Positions 1 to 7,397 of a DNA stretch of 64,000 bases are shown piece after piece (within the stretch, counting starts at the first letter, position 1; each line of letters opens with the position of its first letter). The stretch comes from a virus (lineage: Duplodnaviria > Caudoviricetes). The DNA lies in IMG/VR virus record IMGVR_UViG_3300020577_008743, positions 33,491-97,490 of that record; one strand, given 5' to 3'. The translations under genes and the position numbers were made by a program. Below the pieces are notes generated by a model, which did not search any database, was not told where the DNA came from, and saw only the letters and a program-made list of their open reading frames with translations.

Positions 1-99
1 GATTCCTGGAAATACAGGCAAGAGTTAGACCAGATGTTTGGTCCAAACGCTTTTTTAGGACCAATGTTGATGAACGTCGTTCTGAAAATTGAAAATTGA

Positions 100-107
100 T
101 GGTATAA
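100..107 (+). promoter_or_regulatory. TGGTATAA promoter-like motif (extended -10 type)
   Basis: Same motif recurs upstream of + strand units at 1833, 2061, 4446, 10193, 12441, 16177, 51862, 55233. Confidence 0.6.
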
Positions 108-141
108 AAAAGAGCAACTATCTTTATGAAAGAACAATAAC

Positions 142-489
142 ATGGCAATGAATGAATCTCTGAAAAGAGCTTGGGTGTATGCTCTGAGAAGTGGTGAGTA
201 CAGACAAATCAAAGGCAGACTATCGTATGCCGGCGGCTACTGCGCTTTAGGCGTGCTTGAAAAGCTTGCCTCCAACCGGACGGGGCAACCGTTTACCTCC
301 CAAATCGGAACCCTGTCTCTCTCAACCGCCAAGCTTGCTGGAATCGGATGCAACCCCGTGGTAAAAATCCCATTGGGGATGAACCTCAAGGACGTCGTTC
401 CTGGTCAATACGTTACCATCAGCACGTTGAATGACAACGCTGGTGCCACATTTGAACAAATCGCTGGAATCATCGAAACACAACTGTAA
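142..489 (+). CDS. conserved phage hypothetical protein
   Basis: WVxALRSGxYxQ...YCxLGVL pattern common in phage small proteins; follows promoter motif. Confidence 0.7.
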   Translation: MAMNESLKRAWVYALRSGEYRQIKGRLSYAGGYCALGVLEKLASNRTGQPFTSQIGTLSLSTAKLAGIGCNPVVKIPLGMNLKDVVPGQYVTISTLNDNAGATFEQIAGIIETQL

Positions 490-498
490 GGAGTTAAA

Positions 499-903
499 AT
501 GGCCACCAGAAAAACCATTCTCAAGCCTTATCTTTCGGAATTTGAATATCTCAAGGCCAAAGCCAGCCCGAAAGACATCTGTGATGCTCGTGGTGTCTCC
601 CCATTCTCGGTGTCCATTTTTAGCGGGGCTGATTACTCCGCAAAGATTGGTGTGGTTTGGGCGAAAGGCAGTGAAGTAGCTATCTATAGTGCCGGGGGTG
701 ATCTGGTCTGGGGTACTTCCTCCAGGCGTACCATTTACCTAAAAGGGAAAGTTCCTTTATATTCTGGTATCTACAGCAGCAGAGATACCCTCACCAAGAG
801 AGTGACCAAAGTTCCAGTCACTGACATCAGCTACGACGAAGTTACTCGCATTGAAAGATTCCCCTCCTTTCAGGCTTGGATCACTGGGCCGGTAGCAGCC
901 TAA
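499..903 (+). CDS. hypothetical protein
   Basis: ORF with AAGGAG RBS, operon spacing. Confidence 0.75.
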   Translation: MATRKTILKPYLSEFEYLKAKASPKDICDARGVSPFSVSIFSGADYSAKIGVVWAKGSEVAIYSAGGDLVWGTSSRRTIYLKGKVPLYSGIYSSRDTLTKRVTKVPVTDISYDEVTRIERFPSFQAWITGPVAA

Positions 904-905
904 TC

Positions 906-1217
906 ATGGAAAAGACCTTAAAAATCAAGGACTTAACAGAGCAGGAAATAAACCTCTATATTGCAACGTTAGTCTTGAAATATCCCGAACAGGGTTACAA
1001 GGTCTTTATCAGTGAAAACACGGGGAAGTGTGTAGCACGAAAATCAACCGGAAACGCCCCGTGTGAATACGAGGAAAGAAGCTGTGACTTTGCGGCACTG
1101 TGGGATCCTCTAAAGGTCATATTTGCCGACGTTCCGCAGCTCATTCCTGAAAATCTGGTTGAAAGTTTGAGGTACGTTCTAACGCTGCGTTACGGGGAAA
1201 CAATTGATATCTCTTGA
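906..1217 (+). CDS. hypothetical protein
   Basis: ATG at 906 just after previous stop (ORF track start 876 overlaps the upstream gene). Confidence 0.65.
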   Translation: MEKTLKIKDLTEQEINLYIATLVLKYPEQGYKVFISENTGKCVARKSTGNAPCEYEERSCDFAALWDPLKVIFADVPQLIPENLVESLRYVLTLRYGETIDIS

Positions 1218-1479
1218 TTTTGCAAACCTTGTCGAAAAAGTGGGAAACCCAGAAGTCAGCAGACCATGGAAAGACCACAGATTGAAGATTGATGCAGAAT
1301 ACGTAGGAATCCCAAATATGGAACTTGCCGAACTCATGGCTTTCTGTTTGAAGCACATGAAAGAGATACAAGAAGGGCTGGAGCTACGAGACAAACTCCG
1401 TCCTACCAATTGCGCACTGTTGGACAGGGCTACTCTTTTGTATAAGAAGTCAACCTCAGTTCCGCAAGCTGTGCTATAA
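1204..1479 (+). CDS. hypothetical protein
   Basis: ORF coupled to upstream gene, GGGG RBS. Confidence 0.55.
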   Translation: MISLDFANLVEKVGNPEVSRPWKDHRLKIDAEYVGIPNMELAELMAFCLKHMKEIQEGLELRDKLRPTNCALLDRATLLYKKSTSVPQAVL

Positions 1480-1532
1480 TCAAGTCTCAATAGGCCTTCG
1501 GGCCAACAAAGCAAAACTAAAAGGAAAACAAA

Positions 1533-1793
1533 ATGCAATTAAACACCGCACGTCGCCAACTGGCAAGAAAAGTAAGAAACTTCCGGGCCGAGCGTCAACT
1601 CACCCAAACCGAGCTGAGCAATCGCGCCAGCATCGGTGTCTCGCGCAGAACCCTTCAACGTCTTGAGAATTCTGACGTGGTGGCTTATAATCCCAAGCTT
1701 TCCACTCTGCTCAAGCTGGCTCATGGCTTGAACACTGACGTGTCTACTCTGATTGGGCAAATCTCCCGTCAGACTACTGCTGCAGAGCAGTAA
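1533..1793 (+). CDS. XRE-family helix-turn-helix regulator
   Basis: RxxRxERQLTQTELS...VSRRTLQRLE...NPKLSTLLKLAHGL HTH_3 pattern. Confidence 0.9.
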   Translation: MQLNTARRQLARKVRNFRAERQLTQTELSNRASIGVSRRTLQRLENSDVVAYNPKLSTLLKLAHGLNTDVSTLIGQISRQTTAAEQ

Positions 1794-1832
1794 TTTCGAA
1801 TTGAACAATACTCTGAAAATCCCCCCTATTCC

Positions 1833-1841
1833 TGGTATAAG
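1833..1841 (+). promoter_or_regulatory. TGGTATAAG promoter motif
   Basis: Recurrent motif; a closed-stem RNA begins 6 nt downstream. Confidence 0.65.
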
Positions 1842-1846
1842 ACTGT

Positions 1847-2012
1847 GGAGGATTCTCAGGGTATCAATGGTTGTTGAGTTCAATTTGGAAAATTGTGGCC
1901 TAACAAGCCGGGATCTAACAAATCTAACTTAGTGACCAAGAGGAAGAGCTACTCTTTCTTGTTCCATCTGCACGAGGCAGAATCCAAGGCGGGTCGAGCC
2001 TGTGAATCCTCC
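1847..2012 (+). ncRNA. candidate structured ncRNA (GUA/GAG closing-stem family, member 1)
   Basis: GGAGGATTCTCAGG (1847-1860) pairs with CCTGTGAATCCTCC (1999-2012) with one mismatch; internal hairpins; no credible ORF. Confidence 0.6.
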
Positions 2013-2060
2013 CCTTCGGGCAAAAGTGTGGAAAATCAGCTTCCATAAAAATCAAATTGC

Positions 2061-2069
2061 TGGTATAAG
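2061..2069 (+). promoter_or_regulatory. TGGTATAAG promoter motif
   Basis: Recurrent motif. Confidence 0.65.
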
Positions 2070-2073
2070 ACAG

Positions 2074-2290
2074 TGTGATAAAGTATTATCGCGACTTCCG
2101 AACCCCTACTAAAGGTAGGGTCTAGCGGTTCAAGTCCTCGGTGCAAATCCGTGGCAAGTCAAGCGATGAGAGCATGCAACGTGCTCACTTTTCTCCACCT
2201 GGGTGGCCCCAAACCAGAGCTGGAGACCAGGACTGATCAATAGATGTAGTAGTTCTTCCCAGATCACGTCATAAAACAGAGTTTATCACA
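2074..2290 (+). ncRNA. candidate structured ncRNA (GUA/GAG family, member 2)
   Basis: TGTGATAAA (2074-2082) / TTTATCACA (2282-2290) terminal stem; T-loop-like CGG-TGCAAAT-CCG at 2139-2151; several hairpins. Confidence 0.6.
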
Positions 2291-2314
2291 AACGGATTTG
2301 TAGTACGGTAGTAA

Positions 2315-2492
2315 TGGAATAAGTCATAAAGCTGCCTAGGCTTGAGGAGAGGAAACTTCTCCACTTTTCTTTCGTGTCCGGTGAACCGGCACGAGGACTT
2401 AAACGACCACCTTTATATATATATAAAGTATATTAAAGGGCCCCCTGGAGCAGCTCAGCCAGGCGGGGCTGCAAAGTCGTTGAGTTATTCCA
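2315..2492 (+). ncRNA. candidate structured ncRNA (GUA/GAG family, possible member 3)
   Basis: TGGAATAA (2315-2322) / TTATTCCA (2485-2492) stem flanked by GTC and GAG; GAAA- and TGAA-capped hairpins inside. Confidence 0.5.
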
Positions 2493-2863
2493 CCAGTTTC
2501 AGTTTCAAAGTTTAAACCTGGTTAAAGTACCCTAATAAAACCAAAAAAGGGGTGAATGAAACGTTCACATTTTCTCTTCCACACAAGCACACTCAATAGA
2601 AAATCTCCTCGCAAAACCTGCTCGGAGTGGTGGTCTTGTGTGGACAATGGACTGACGGTCCGACAACCAATGCGCCTCCGGCAGCTATGCGTTGTTCGAA
2701 GACGTCGTCGACACTACAACTGATGTCTGCTGGTTGCGTATCGGCAGGCGCGATACCCAGCGGGCCGCCGGACACAAGAAGCGTACTCTTCAGCTGCTCG
2801 AGCACCTCCGCCACGGCACTGGTAGAACGGCTCCTTCAGTCATAAGTCAGTCGAGTTTAACCA

Positions 2864-2940
2864 GGGACTATAGCTCAATTGGTCAGAGCGAAGAACTCAT
2901 AATTCTGGGGTTACAGGTTCGAGCCCTGTTAGTCCCACCA
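2864..2940 (+). tRNA. tRNA with CAT anticodon (Met elongator or Ile2)
   Basis: Full cloverleaf GGGACTA/TAGTCCC, CT-CAT-AA loop, TTCGAGC T-loop, encoded CCA. Confidence 0.93.
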
Positions 2941-2991
2941 ATCCCCCGTAGTAGACCAGCAACAACACATAACCGCACCGAGAAAGACCGT

Positions 2992-3171
2992 ATGACAAAG
3001 TCGCTCTTCGTACTGAAAAACACTAAAACCGGGAAAACATCGGCGGAGACCTTCGCAAACAAGATGGACGCGAAGAATGAACGACGAGCGAGAAACGGAA
3101 TCAGCAAGGACGGCAAGGAAATCCTCACCTGGGTCGTGGCTTACGGCCCGGATCATCACAAGTCGGCTTAG
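2992..3171 (+). CDS. small basic hypothetical protein (59 aa)
   Basis: ATG at 2992 after the tRNA; the upstream part of ORF 2692-3171 overlaps the tRNA. Confidence 0.6.
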   Translation: MTKSLFVLKNTKTGKTSAETFANKMDAKNERRARNGISKDGKEILTWVVAYGPDHHKSA

Positions 3172-3206
3172 AAATAGGTCATCGTAACTGAATGAAAGGC
3201 TTCACC

Positions 3207-4010
3207 ATGGACGCCCGGAAATCCGTAGCACTGCACACCCTCGTCGCTGTTCGCCCGACGTTGGAAACAACCCTGAAAACGATCTCAGCCGAAACGGACA
3301 ACTCCTTCCGAAAACCCGAAAGCCTGACGGAATGGGAAAAGACCTTCACATCGACGGTCACCTGGCCGGAAGGCTCCGAGGCTCTGAAGGTCGCTCTGGA
3401 ATCCCAACGTTCCGGTCACCGTGCGGCGGTCACTTCAACTCAGGATCGAATCGGTTACGAAGCCGCCGAACAGGTCAAGTACTGGGACTTGATGCACAAC
3501 ATCGAGCTGGGCAACCAGGTCGCGGTTGCTGACGTGGTCCTAAAAGACGGCACAGTCTTGATGACCCGCGTCCCCGCAACGCACTTGCGTCGACTGGATA
3601 CGTGGCTCACCACCTTCCGCAACCGCATCGCGAACTGTCCCACGGTCCCGTCAACTATCAACGTGGAACAGGCCTCCCGCAACGGCAGAATGGTCTACGC
3701 CGGACCGGTGAAAACCATCACCGTGTACGAGGAAACCAAAAGCTGGGTGAAGGTCGCCGAGGCCAATGTACACCAGAAGGAAGCCACCGTCCGCGAAGCC
3801 GTCACCAAGACGCCAATCGGCATCGAGAAGGAGATCAACTACTACGGCATGCCCACTTCTTCGGAGAAGGCACAGCTGCTGACCCGTCTTGATGAGCTGA
3901 TCGTGGCAGTCAAGGAGGCGATCACTGAATCAAACACGGTGACCATCGAACCCGTTTCGGTCTCCAAAACTCTCATGGCCTATGCCTTCACCGGCAAGGT
4001 CAATGCCTGA
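3207..4010 (+). CDS. conserved helical hypothetical protein (resembles DUF7873-like family)
   Basis: LHTLVAV N-terminus, N..AVADVV..DG.VL...VPATHL..LD, LL.RLDEL..AVKEA..ESN pattern recalled from a widespread actinobacterial/phage family; GAAAGG RBS. Confidence 0.6.
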   Translation: MDARKSVALHTLVAVRPTLETTLKTISAETDNSFRKPESLTEWEKTFTSTVTWPEGSEALKVALESQRSGHRAAVTSTQDRIGYEAAEQVKYWDLMHNIELGNQVAVADVVLKDGTVLMTRVPATHLRRLDTWLTTFRNRIANCPTVPSTINVEQASRNGRMVYAGPVKTITVYEETKSWVKVAEANVHQKEATVREAVTKTPIGIEKEINYYGMPTSSEKAQLLTRLDELIVAVKEAITESNTVTIEPVSVSKTLMAYAFTGKVNA

Positions 4011-4028
4011 AAAGGAATGAAGTCGTAA

Positions 4029-4407
4029 GTTTGGCTAACGCACATTGCGCAACTCACAGCTGACATTGGGTCTGATAACCCTGAGGGTTATCTTGCAAGG
4101 CCCACAAACGCACAACGCAAAACGCCAAACAAACGCACATAACTTCCTGGAGTAGAAAACCGCCGAAAACATCGCCTTGGAGTTTCAAACGAAATCGTGT
4201 CGGGGGTTCGAGCCCCTCCGCCGCTTCAAATTGCATACTAACGTGTGTAATTCGGAGCGGTGTAACTCAGTGGTAGAGTACGGTTTCCAATACACCCAAA
4301 AAACCTCTAATGAGCGTGGTCAAAAGCACAACCAGGTATACTAATAGCGTATATTGCTACCAATGATACCAGGTCCCTATGGGGTCGGATAATGCCCTGT
4401 GGGGACC
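4029..4407 (+). ncRNA. large structured RNA with circularly permuted tRNA-like domain (4191-4287)
   Basis: T arm GGGGG-TTCGAGC-CCCTC, then acceptor CGCCGCT/AGCGGTG closed by a hairpin, then D arm ACTC-AGTGGTA-GAGT; nested long-range stems; AACGC repeats; terminal hairpin 4372-4407. Confidence 0.75.
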
Positions 4408-4445
4408 GCTTAATGCAGATTTGGATTCAATAAGTCTCCATTAAG

Positions 4446-4454
4446 CGGTATAAG
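4446..4454 (+). promoter_or_regulatory. GGTATAAG promoter motif
   Basis: Recurrent motif. Confidence 0.6.
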
Positions 4455-4461
4455 AATATGA

Positions 4462-4773
4462 AGGTAAAGTAACTGCTGTACTAAAAAAAAGCAAAGTGGG
4501 TGTAACATCCACACGTTTCTTTCAGTCCTAACAACTTGTGTCGTTCGCCTTTGGGCTCACTGGCCCCCTAACGGGTGCCCCACAAGTTGCCAGCTCTGAT
4601 GAGCTGGGCCTCAGGATCCAACGACTGGGTCCCCGGGGACTGGATGTCTTCTTGCACACCCGGTGCATTTTGGATGCTGAGCAAGATGGGCAACGCAATT
4701 GCCCGCCGGCTCAGTGAGATCTGCAGACATCGTCACCTGGTGTTGTTCTGGATCCCGAAGGTCGAGTTTACCT
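4462..4773 (+). ncRNA. candidate structured ncRNA (GUA/GAG family, member 4, ~310 nt)
   Basis: AGGTAAA/TTTACCT closing stem; helices CAACTTGTG/CACAAGTTG (4532-4540/4581-4589), TTCAGTCC/GGACTGGA, CCAGCTC/GAGCTGG, GGGCAA/TTGCCC. Confidence 0.6.
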
Positions 4774-4812
4774 ACATTAGCAACAGAAGTAGAAACAAAA
4801 TGAATTCAAGAA

Positions 4813-4936
4813 TTGAGGCTCTGGGAACAACATTGCGCCGCCTGAATGTCGGAACAAGGTCTTCCCCCCTGTGAGTTCGGCATTCCGCAATTTGGCGTCC
4901 TCCCGCCGAGTTGCATACCAATGCCCAGAGCCTCAA
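4813..4936 (+). ncRNA. candidate structured ncRNA
   Basis: Perfect 13-bp terminal stem TTGAGGCTCTGGG/CCCAGAGCCTCAA with inner GAATGTCGGA/TTCGGCATTC helix. Confidence 0.5.
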
Positions 4937-4941
4937 CCTTA

Positions 4942-5020
4942 CAAACGAAGAGCGTAAGCTCATGAATACGCCATCAACGAAGCTGACCACTTCGTTTCAA
5001 GCCCGGTCGTTCTTCGTTTG
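4942..5020 (+). ncRNA. candidate structured ncRNA or processing/terminator element
   Basis: 13-bp stem CAAACGAAGAGCG/CGTTCTTCGTTTG with inner AACGAAG/CTTCGTT hairpin. Confidence 0.4.
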
Positions 5021-5033
5021 TTTTAGCCACAAT

Positions 5034-5171
5034 TAGGACCGCAGAATTACGATTATCTATAATAGCTGACATGCTGCAGGTTCGAGTCCTGCCTGGCCCA
5101 CCATCTATGGGTCCAGTGGCGAAATGGTATACGCATCAGCCCTAAACCAGTCGTATTCATAATTTGTCCTA
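5034..5171 (+). ncRNA. Y RNA, YrlA-type (Ro-binding stem plus permuted tRNA-Leu-like domain)
   Basis: TAGGAC-CG...TTT-GTCCTA stem, TTATC motif, T arm GCAGG-TTCGAGT-CCTGC before acceptor loop and D arm. Confidence 0.85.
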
Positions 5172-5244
5172 TTCTTCAACGGGGGCGAAGTAGAAACTTA
5201 TGAAGTTCGCAGCTTCTATTTTTCGATACGCTTCCACCAACAAA

Positions 5245-5571
5245 ATGTCTCACACAACCGAGTTGTACTTCGAGTCACATATCACTATTGAGCCCGTGTT
5301 CGATGAAAGACTGGAACAGTTCAAGGGAATATGTGCTTCGGAGGGTTTCAAGGCAGCAGAGCTGCTGATGAAAAAACGTTCGGGTGATACCGCTGAACGT
5401 TCGCAGTACGATACCTTTTGCACTAGTAGAGATCTTATTTATGATAAAATCCAGACTAGAACATTAACCTTGGTCGAAAAGTTGCAGTCTTCCGGGTTTG
5501 ACGTCTGGAGATATAAGATTGAGAATACCTTGTTGGATGTTAGACTTAAATTAGAGTCTAAAATCCAGTAG
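5245..5571 (+). CDS. hypothetical protein
   Basis: ORF between Y RNAs; YFESHITI...RYKIENTLLD pattern; ATG at 5245 avoids the upstream hairpin. Confidence 0.7.
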   Translation: MSHTTELYFESHITIEPVFDERLEQFKGICASEGFKAAELLMKKRSGDTAERSQYDTFCTSRDLIYDKIQTRTLTLVEKLQSSGFDVWRYKIENTLLDVRLKLESKIQ

Positions 5572-5672
5572 GGCAAAAGATTCGATTGTTGTTTATATTA
5601 CTAAATATATTGAGTCTGTAAAAGCTGTTTGCAGTAGAATCAAGAAACATTCGTAGTACTAGAAGCATCCTC

Positions 5673-5734
5673 AGGGCCGCAGGAAGATCGGTTATCCCCT
5701 ACACTGATGACTCCGATTTCCGTATTTTCGCCCT
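5673..5734 (+). ncRNA. minimal Y-like RNA
   Basis: AGGGC-CG...TTC-GCCCT stem, upper stem ATCGG/CCGAT, GGTTATC motif. Confidence 0.8.
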
Positions 5735-5744
5735 TCCCCCAATT

Positions 5745-5805
5745 AGAGCCGATTTGAGCTGGGTTATCCTTCTAAGATACCTCCCCATCTCAGTTCCCTT
5801 GCTCT
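5745..5805 (+). ncRNA. minimal Y-like RNA
   Basis: AGAGC-CG...CTT-GCTCT stem, upper TGAG.TGGG/CCCA.CTCA, GGGTTATC motif. Confidence 0.8.
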
Positions 5806-5834
5806 CCCTCTTGTAGTTGTGGTACAATCAACTT

Positions 5835-5963
5835 TTGAGCCGCTGTTAAATTCCGTTATCTTCCTTAGAAATAGGAAGTTGCGGGTTCGAATCCCGTCGC
5901 CAGCTTATATCTGGCGTAGTTTAATTGGTAAAACTAAAACCGGAACTACACTAATTCGCTCAA
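5835..5963 (+). ncRNA. Y RNA, YrlA-type with permuted tRNA domain
   Basis: TTGAGC-CG...TTC-GCTCAA stem, TTATC, T arm GCGGG-TTCGAAT-CCCGT, acceptor CGCCAG/CTGGCG, D arm GTTT-AATTGGTA-AAAC. Confidence 0.85.
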
Positions 5964-5970
5964 CCCCATT

Positions 5971-6040
5971 TAGGGCCGTCAGGTTATGTCGGTTATCTCA
6001 CTTTTAGCGAAAACCCCGATTAACCATAAATTTTGCCCTA
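5971..6040 (+). ncRNA. minimal Y-like RNA
   Basis: TAGGGC-CG...TTT-GCCCTA stem, GGTTA..TCGG/CCGA.TAACC upper stem, TTATC motif. Confidence 0.8.
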
Positions 6041-6059
6041 CTGATTTAAATTTCAATTT

Positions 6060-6119
6060 GGAGCCGCTTAAAACTGGGTTATCAATTGGTGATTACTCCC
6101 CAGTCTAACTTTTCGCTCC
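6060..6119 (+). ncRNA. minimal Y-like RNA
   Basis: GGAGC-CG...TTC-GCTCC stem, ACTGGG/CCCAGT upper stem, GGGTTATC motif. Confidence 0.8.
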
Positions 6120-6173
6120 TCCCGTTTAAACAAAGATTGCTGGGTTCAAACCTCTTTCTTTTAGCTGTTCAAA

Positions 6174-6377
6174 ATGACCTCTCACAGAAAAATTACCCCG
6201 TCTGAACGAAATATTCTCCACCTCATAAATCGTAGCATAGCGGATTCAGAAGGCTGGTGTAATGTAAGTTCTGCCGTGTTTCCCCTTGTCAAAGACTTTG
6301 ACTCTGAACTAGTTGAAATAAACGGCAACAAAATTCGGTTGACATCGGTAGGTAAGATACTTGCAGATTGGACTTGA
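6174..6377 (+). CDS. hypothetical protein
   Basis: ORF in a tightly packed small-gene run. Confidence 0.6.
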   Translation: MTSHRKITPSERNILHLINRSIADSEGWCNVSSAVFPLVKDFDSELVEINGNKIRLTSVGKILADWT

Positions 6378-6379
6378 TT

Positions 6380-6751
6380 ATGACCGACTCAGAACTAATA
6401 CAAAATGCGGCTAAAGCCATCGGACTCATTGCAACCCCGATATTTACGGAAAATTTCGAGGGCCAGGAGTGGTGGGCGTATGAAGAAGGCAAGCCTACAC
6501 AAACGCTAAGGCCGTGGAATCCTCTTGTGGATGATGGGGATGCCCTACGGTTGCTCGTAGAACTTGGAGACTATGTCCAGGAGGGGAGCTGGCCTTATAT
6601 GTGGGGAGAGGCCCAAGAACAGGCTAAAGAAAACGATGGGCAAATAGACTGGTGTAAGGTTGTTCGTAGAACCATAGTAAAAGCTGCCGCCAATAAATGG
6701 TTAAGGATGGATAGATCAAATGAAAAAGCAACCTCTAAATCCGCAGATTGA
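6380..6751 (+). CDS. conserved phage hypothetical protein
   Basis: ELIQNAAKAIG...WNPLVDDGDALRL...RRTIVKAAA pattern typical of phage small proteins. Confidence 0.75.
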   Translation: MTDSELIQNAAKAIGLIATPIFTENFEGQEWWAYEEGKPTQTLRPWNPLVDDGDALRLLVELGDYVQEGSWPYMWGEAQEQAKENDGQIDWCKVVRRTIVKAAANKWLRMDRSNEKATSKSAD

Positions 6752-7013
6752 AAAACTTCTCGAGTTGTTAGACAAGGCCACGGAAGAACAACGAGGCAGC
6801 GAGAGGGCCCTGTACCTGTTGCTGAAACTCAATGTCGCTGTTCTTCCTGAACTGGATTACAGTTTTCACAAGGCTTTCAGACAGTATGATGTAACTGAGT
6901 CCGGTGAAATGGATATGGCAATCTGGCATCTTTTAGGGGTTTCAAAGACGTTCTGGGAGGTGTTCGGGAAAATTACCGGAACAGATGATGAGGAGCCCGG
7001 CGAAGATGGCTAG
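6720..7013 (+). CDS. hypothetical protein
   Basis: ORF overlap-coupled to neighbours. Confidence 0.65.
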   Translation: MKKQPLNPQIEKLLELLDKATEEQRGSERALYLLLKLNVAVLPELDYSFHKAFRQYDVTESGEMDMAIWHLLGVSKTFWEVFGKITGTDDEEPGEDG

Positions 7014-7224
7014 AATAGAACTTATCTTCCCCGAGGAAGGATACCGTGAAGTAATCGGTGAAAGAGCACTCACTTTGGAAGAGGCTTTTGAAGCAGGAGT
7101 ATTTTGGGCGACCAGGCAGTTTCAAAGTAAATTCGGCATGTACTACCGCAAAGATGAGTGGGGAGAAAGAGACTACGTAGATGTAAAGTCCATTTTCCCC
7201 GATCATGTCAGGGACAAGATATGA
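7006..7224 (+). CDS. hypothetical protein
   Basis: ATG at 7006 with AGGAG upstream. Confidence 0.6.
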   Translation: MARIELIFPEEGYREVIGERALTLEEAFEAGVFWATRQFQSKFGMYYRKDEWGERDYVDVKSIFPDHVRDKI

Positions 7225-7397
7225 CCTGTAGGTTTTGCAACAAACCTTCCGTCAGTTACTACGATATATCTTTGACTGGTATTGGCAATTTCATTGAATA
7301 CTGCAAGAATCACCAGGAAGAGGCTCGTCAAAAGCGCGATGAGCATGATAGATATTGGGAAGAAATCCGAAAGGAAGTTATGAGGGAAAATGGCTAA
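7221..7397 (+). CDS. small Cys-containing hypothetical protein
   Basis: ATGA overlap with previous gene; CxxC...CxxH. Confidence 0.6.
   Translation: MTCRFCNKPSVSYYDISLTGIGNFIEYCKNHQEEARQKRDEHDRYWEEIRKEVMRENG

Noticed and set aside
2412-2429. (TA)n microsatellite or replication origin
   Set aside because: Short self-complementary run that fits as a hairpin in the 2315-2492 structure; no iterons seen
2692-2991. 5' part of the 159-aa ORF 2692-3171
   Set aside because: Runs through the tRNA at 2864-2940; only the part from ATG 2992 is credible
4068-4104. Ninth Y RNA (contains GGGTTATC)
   Set aside because: TTATC is fully paired in a palindromic hairpin and the CCG/YTYG foot is absent; treated as part of the 4029-4407 RNA
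4596-4603. Hammerhead ribozyme core CTGATGAG
   Set aside because: It lies within a perfect CCAGCTC-TGAT-GAGCTGG hairpin, with no stem II-GAAA-stem III arrangement
4575-4874. 99-aa ORF
   Set aside because: No RBS, atypical composition, overlaps densely paired RNA structure
4029-5020. tmRNA, RNase P RNA, SRP RNA or self-splicing intron
   Set aside because: No Ala acceptor with G-U pair plus tag frame, no GAGGAAAGUCC P4 strand, no SRP domain IV motif, and no group I/II core recognisable by eye
5673-6119. CRISPR array or simple tandem repeat
   Set aside because: Units are not identical repeats with spacers; they conserve pairing and short motifs with covariation, and no cas genes are present
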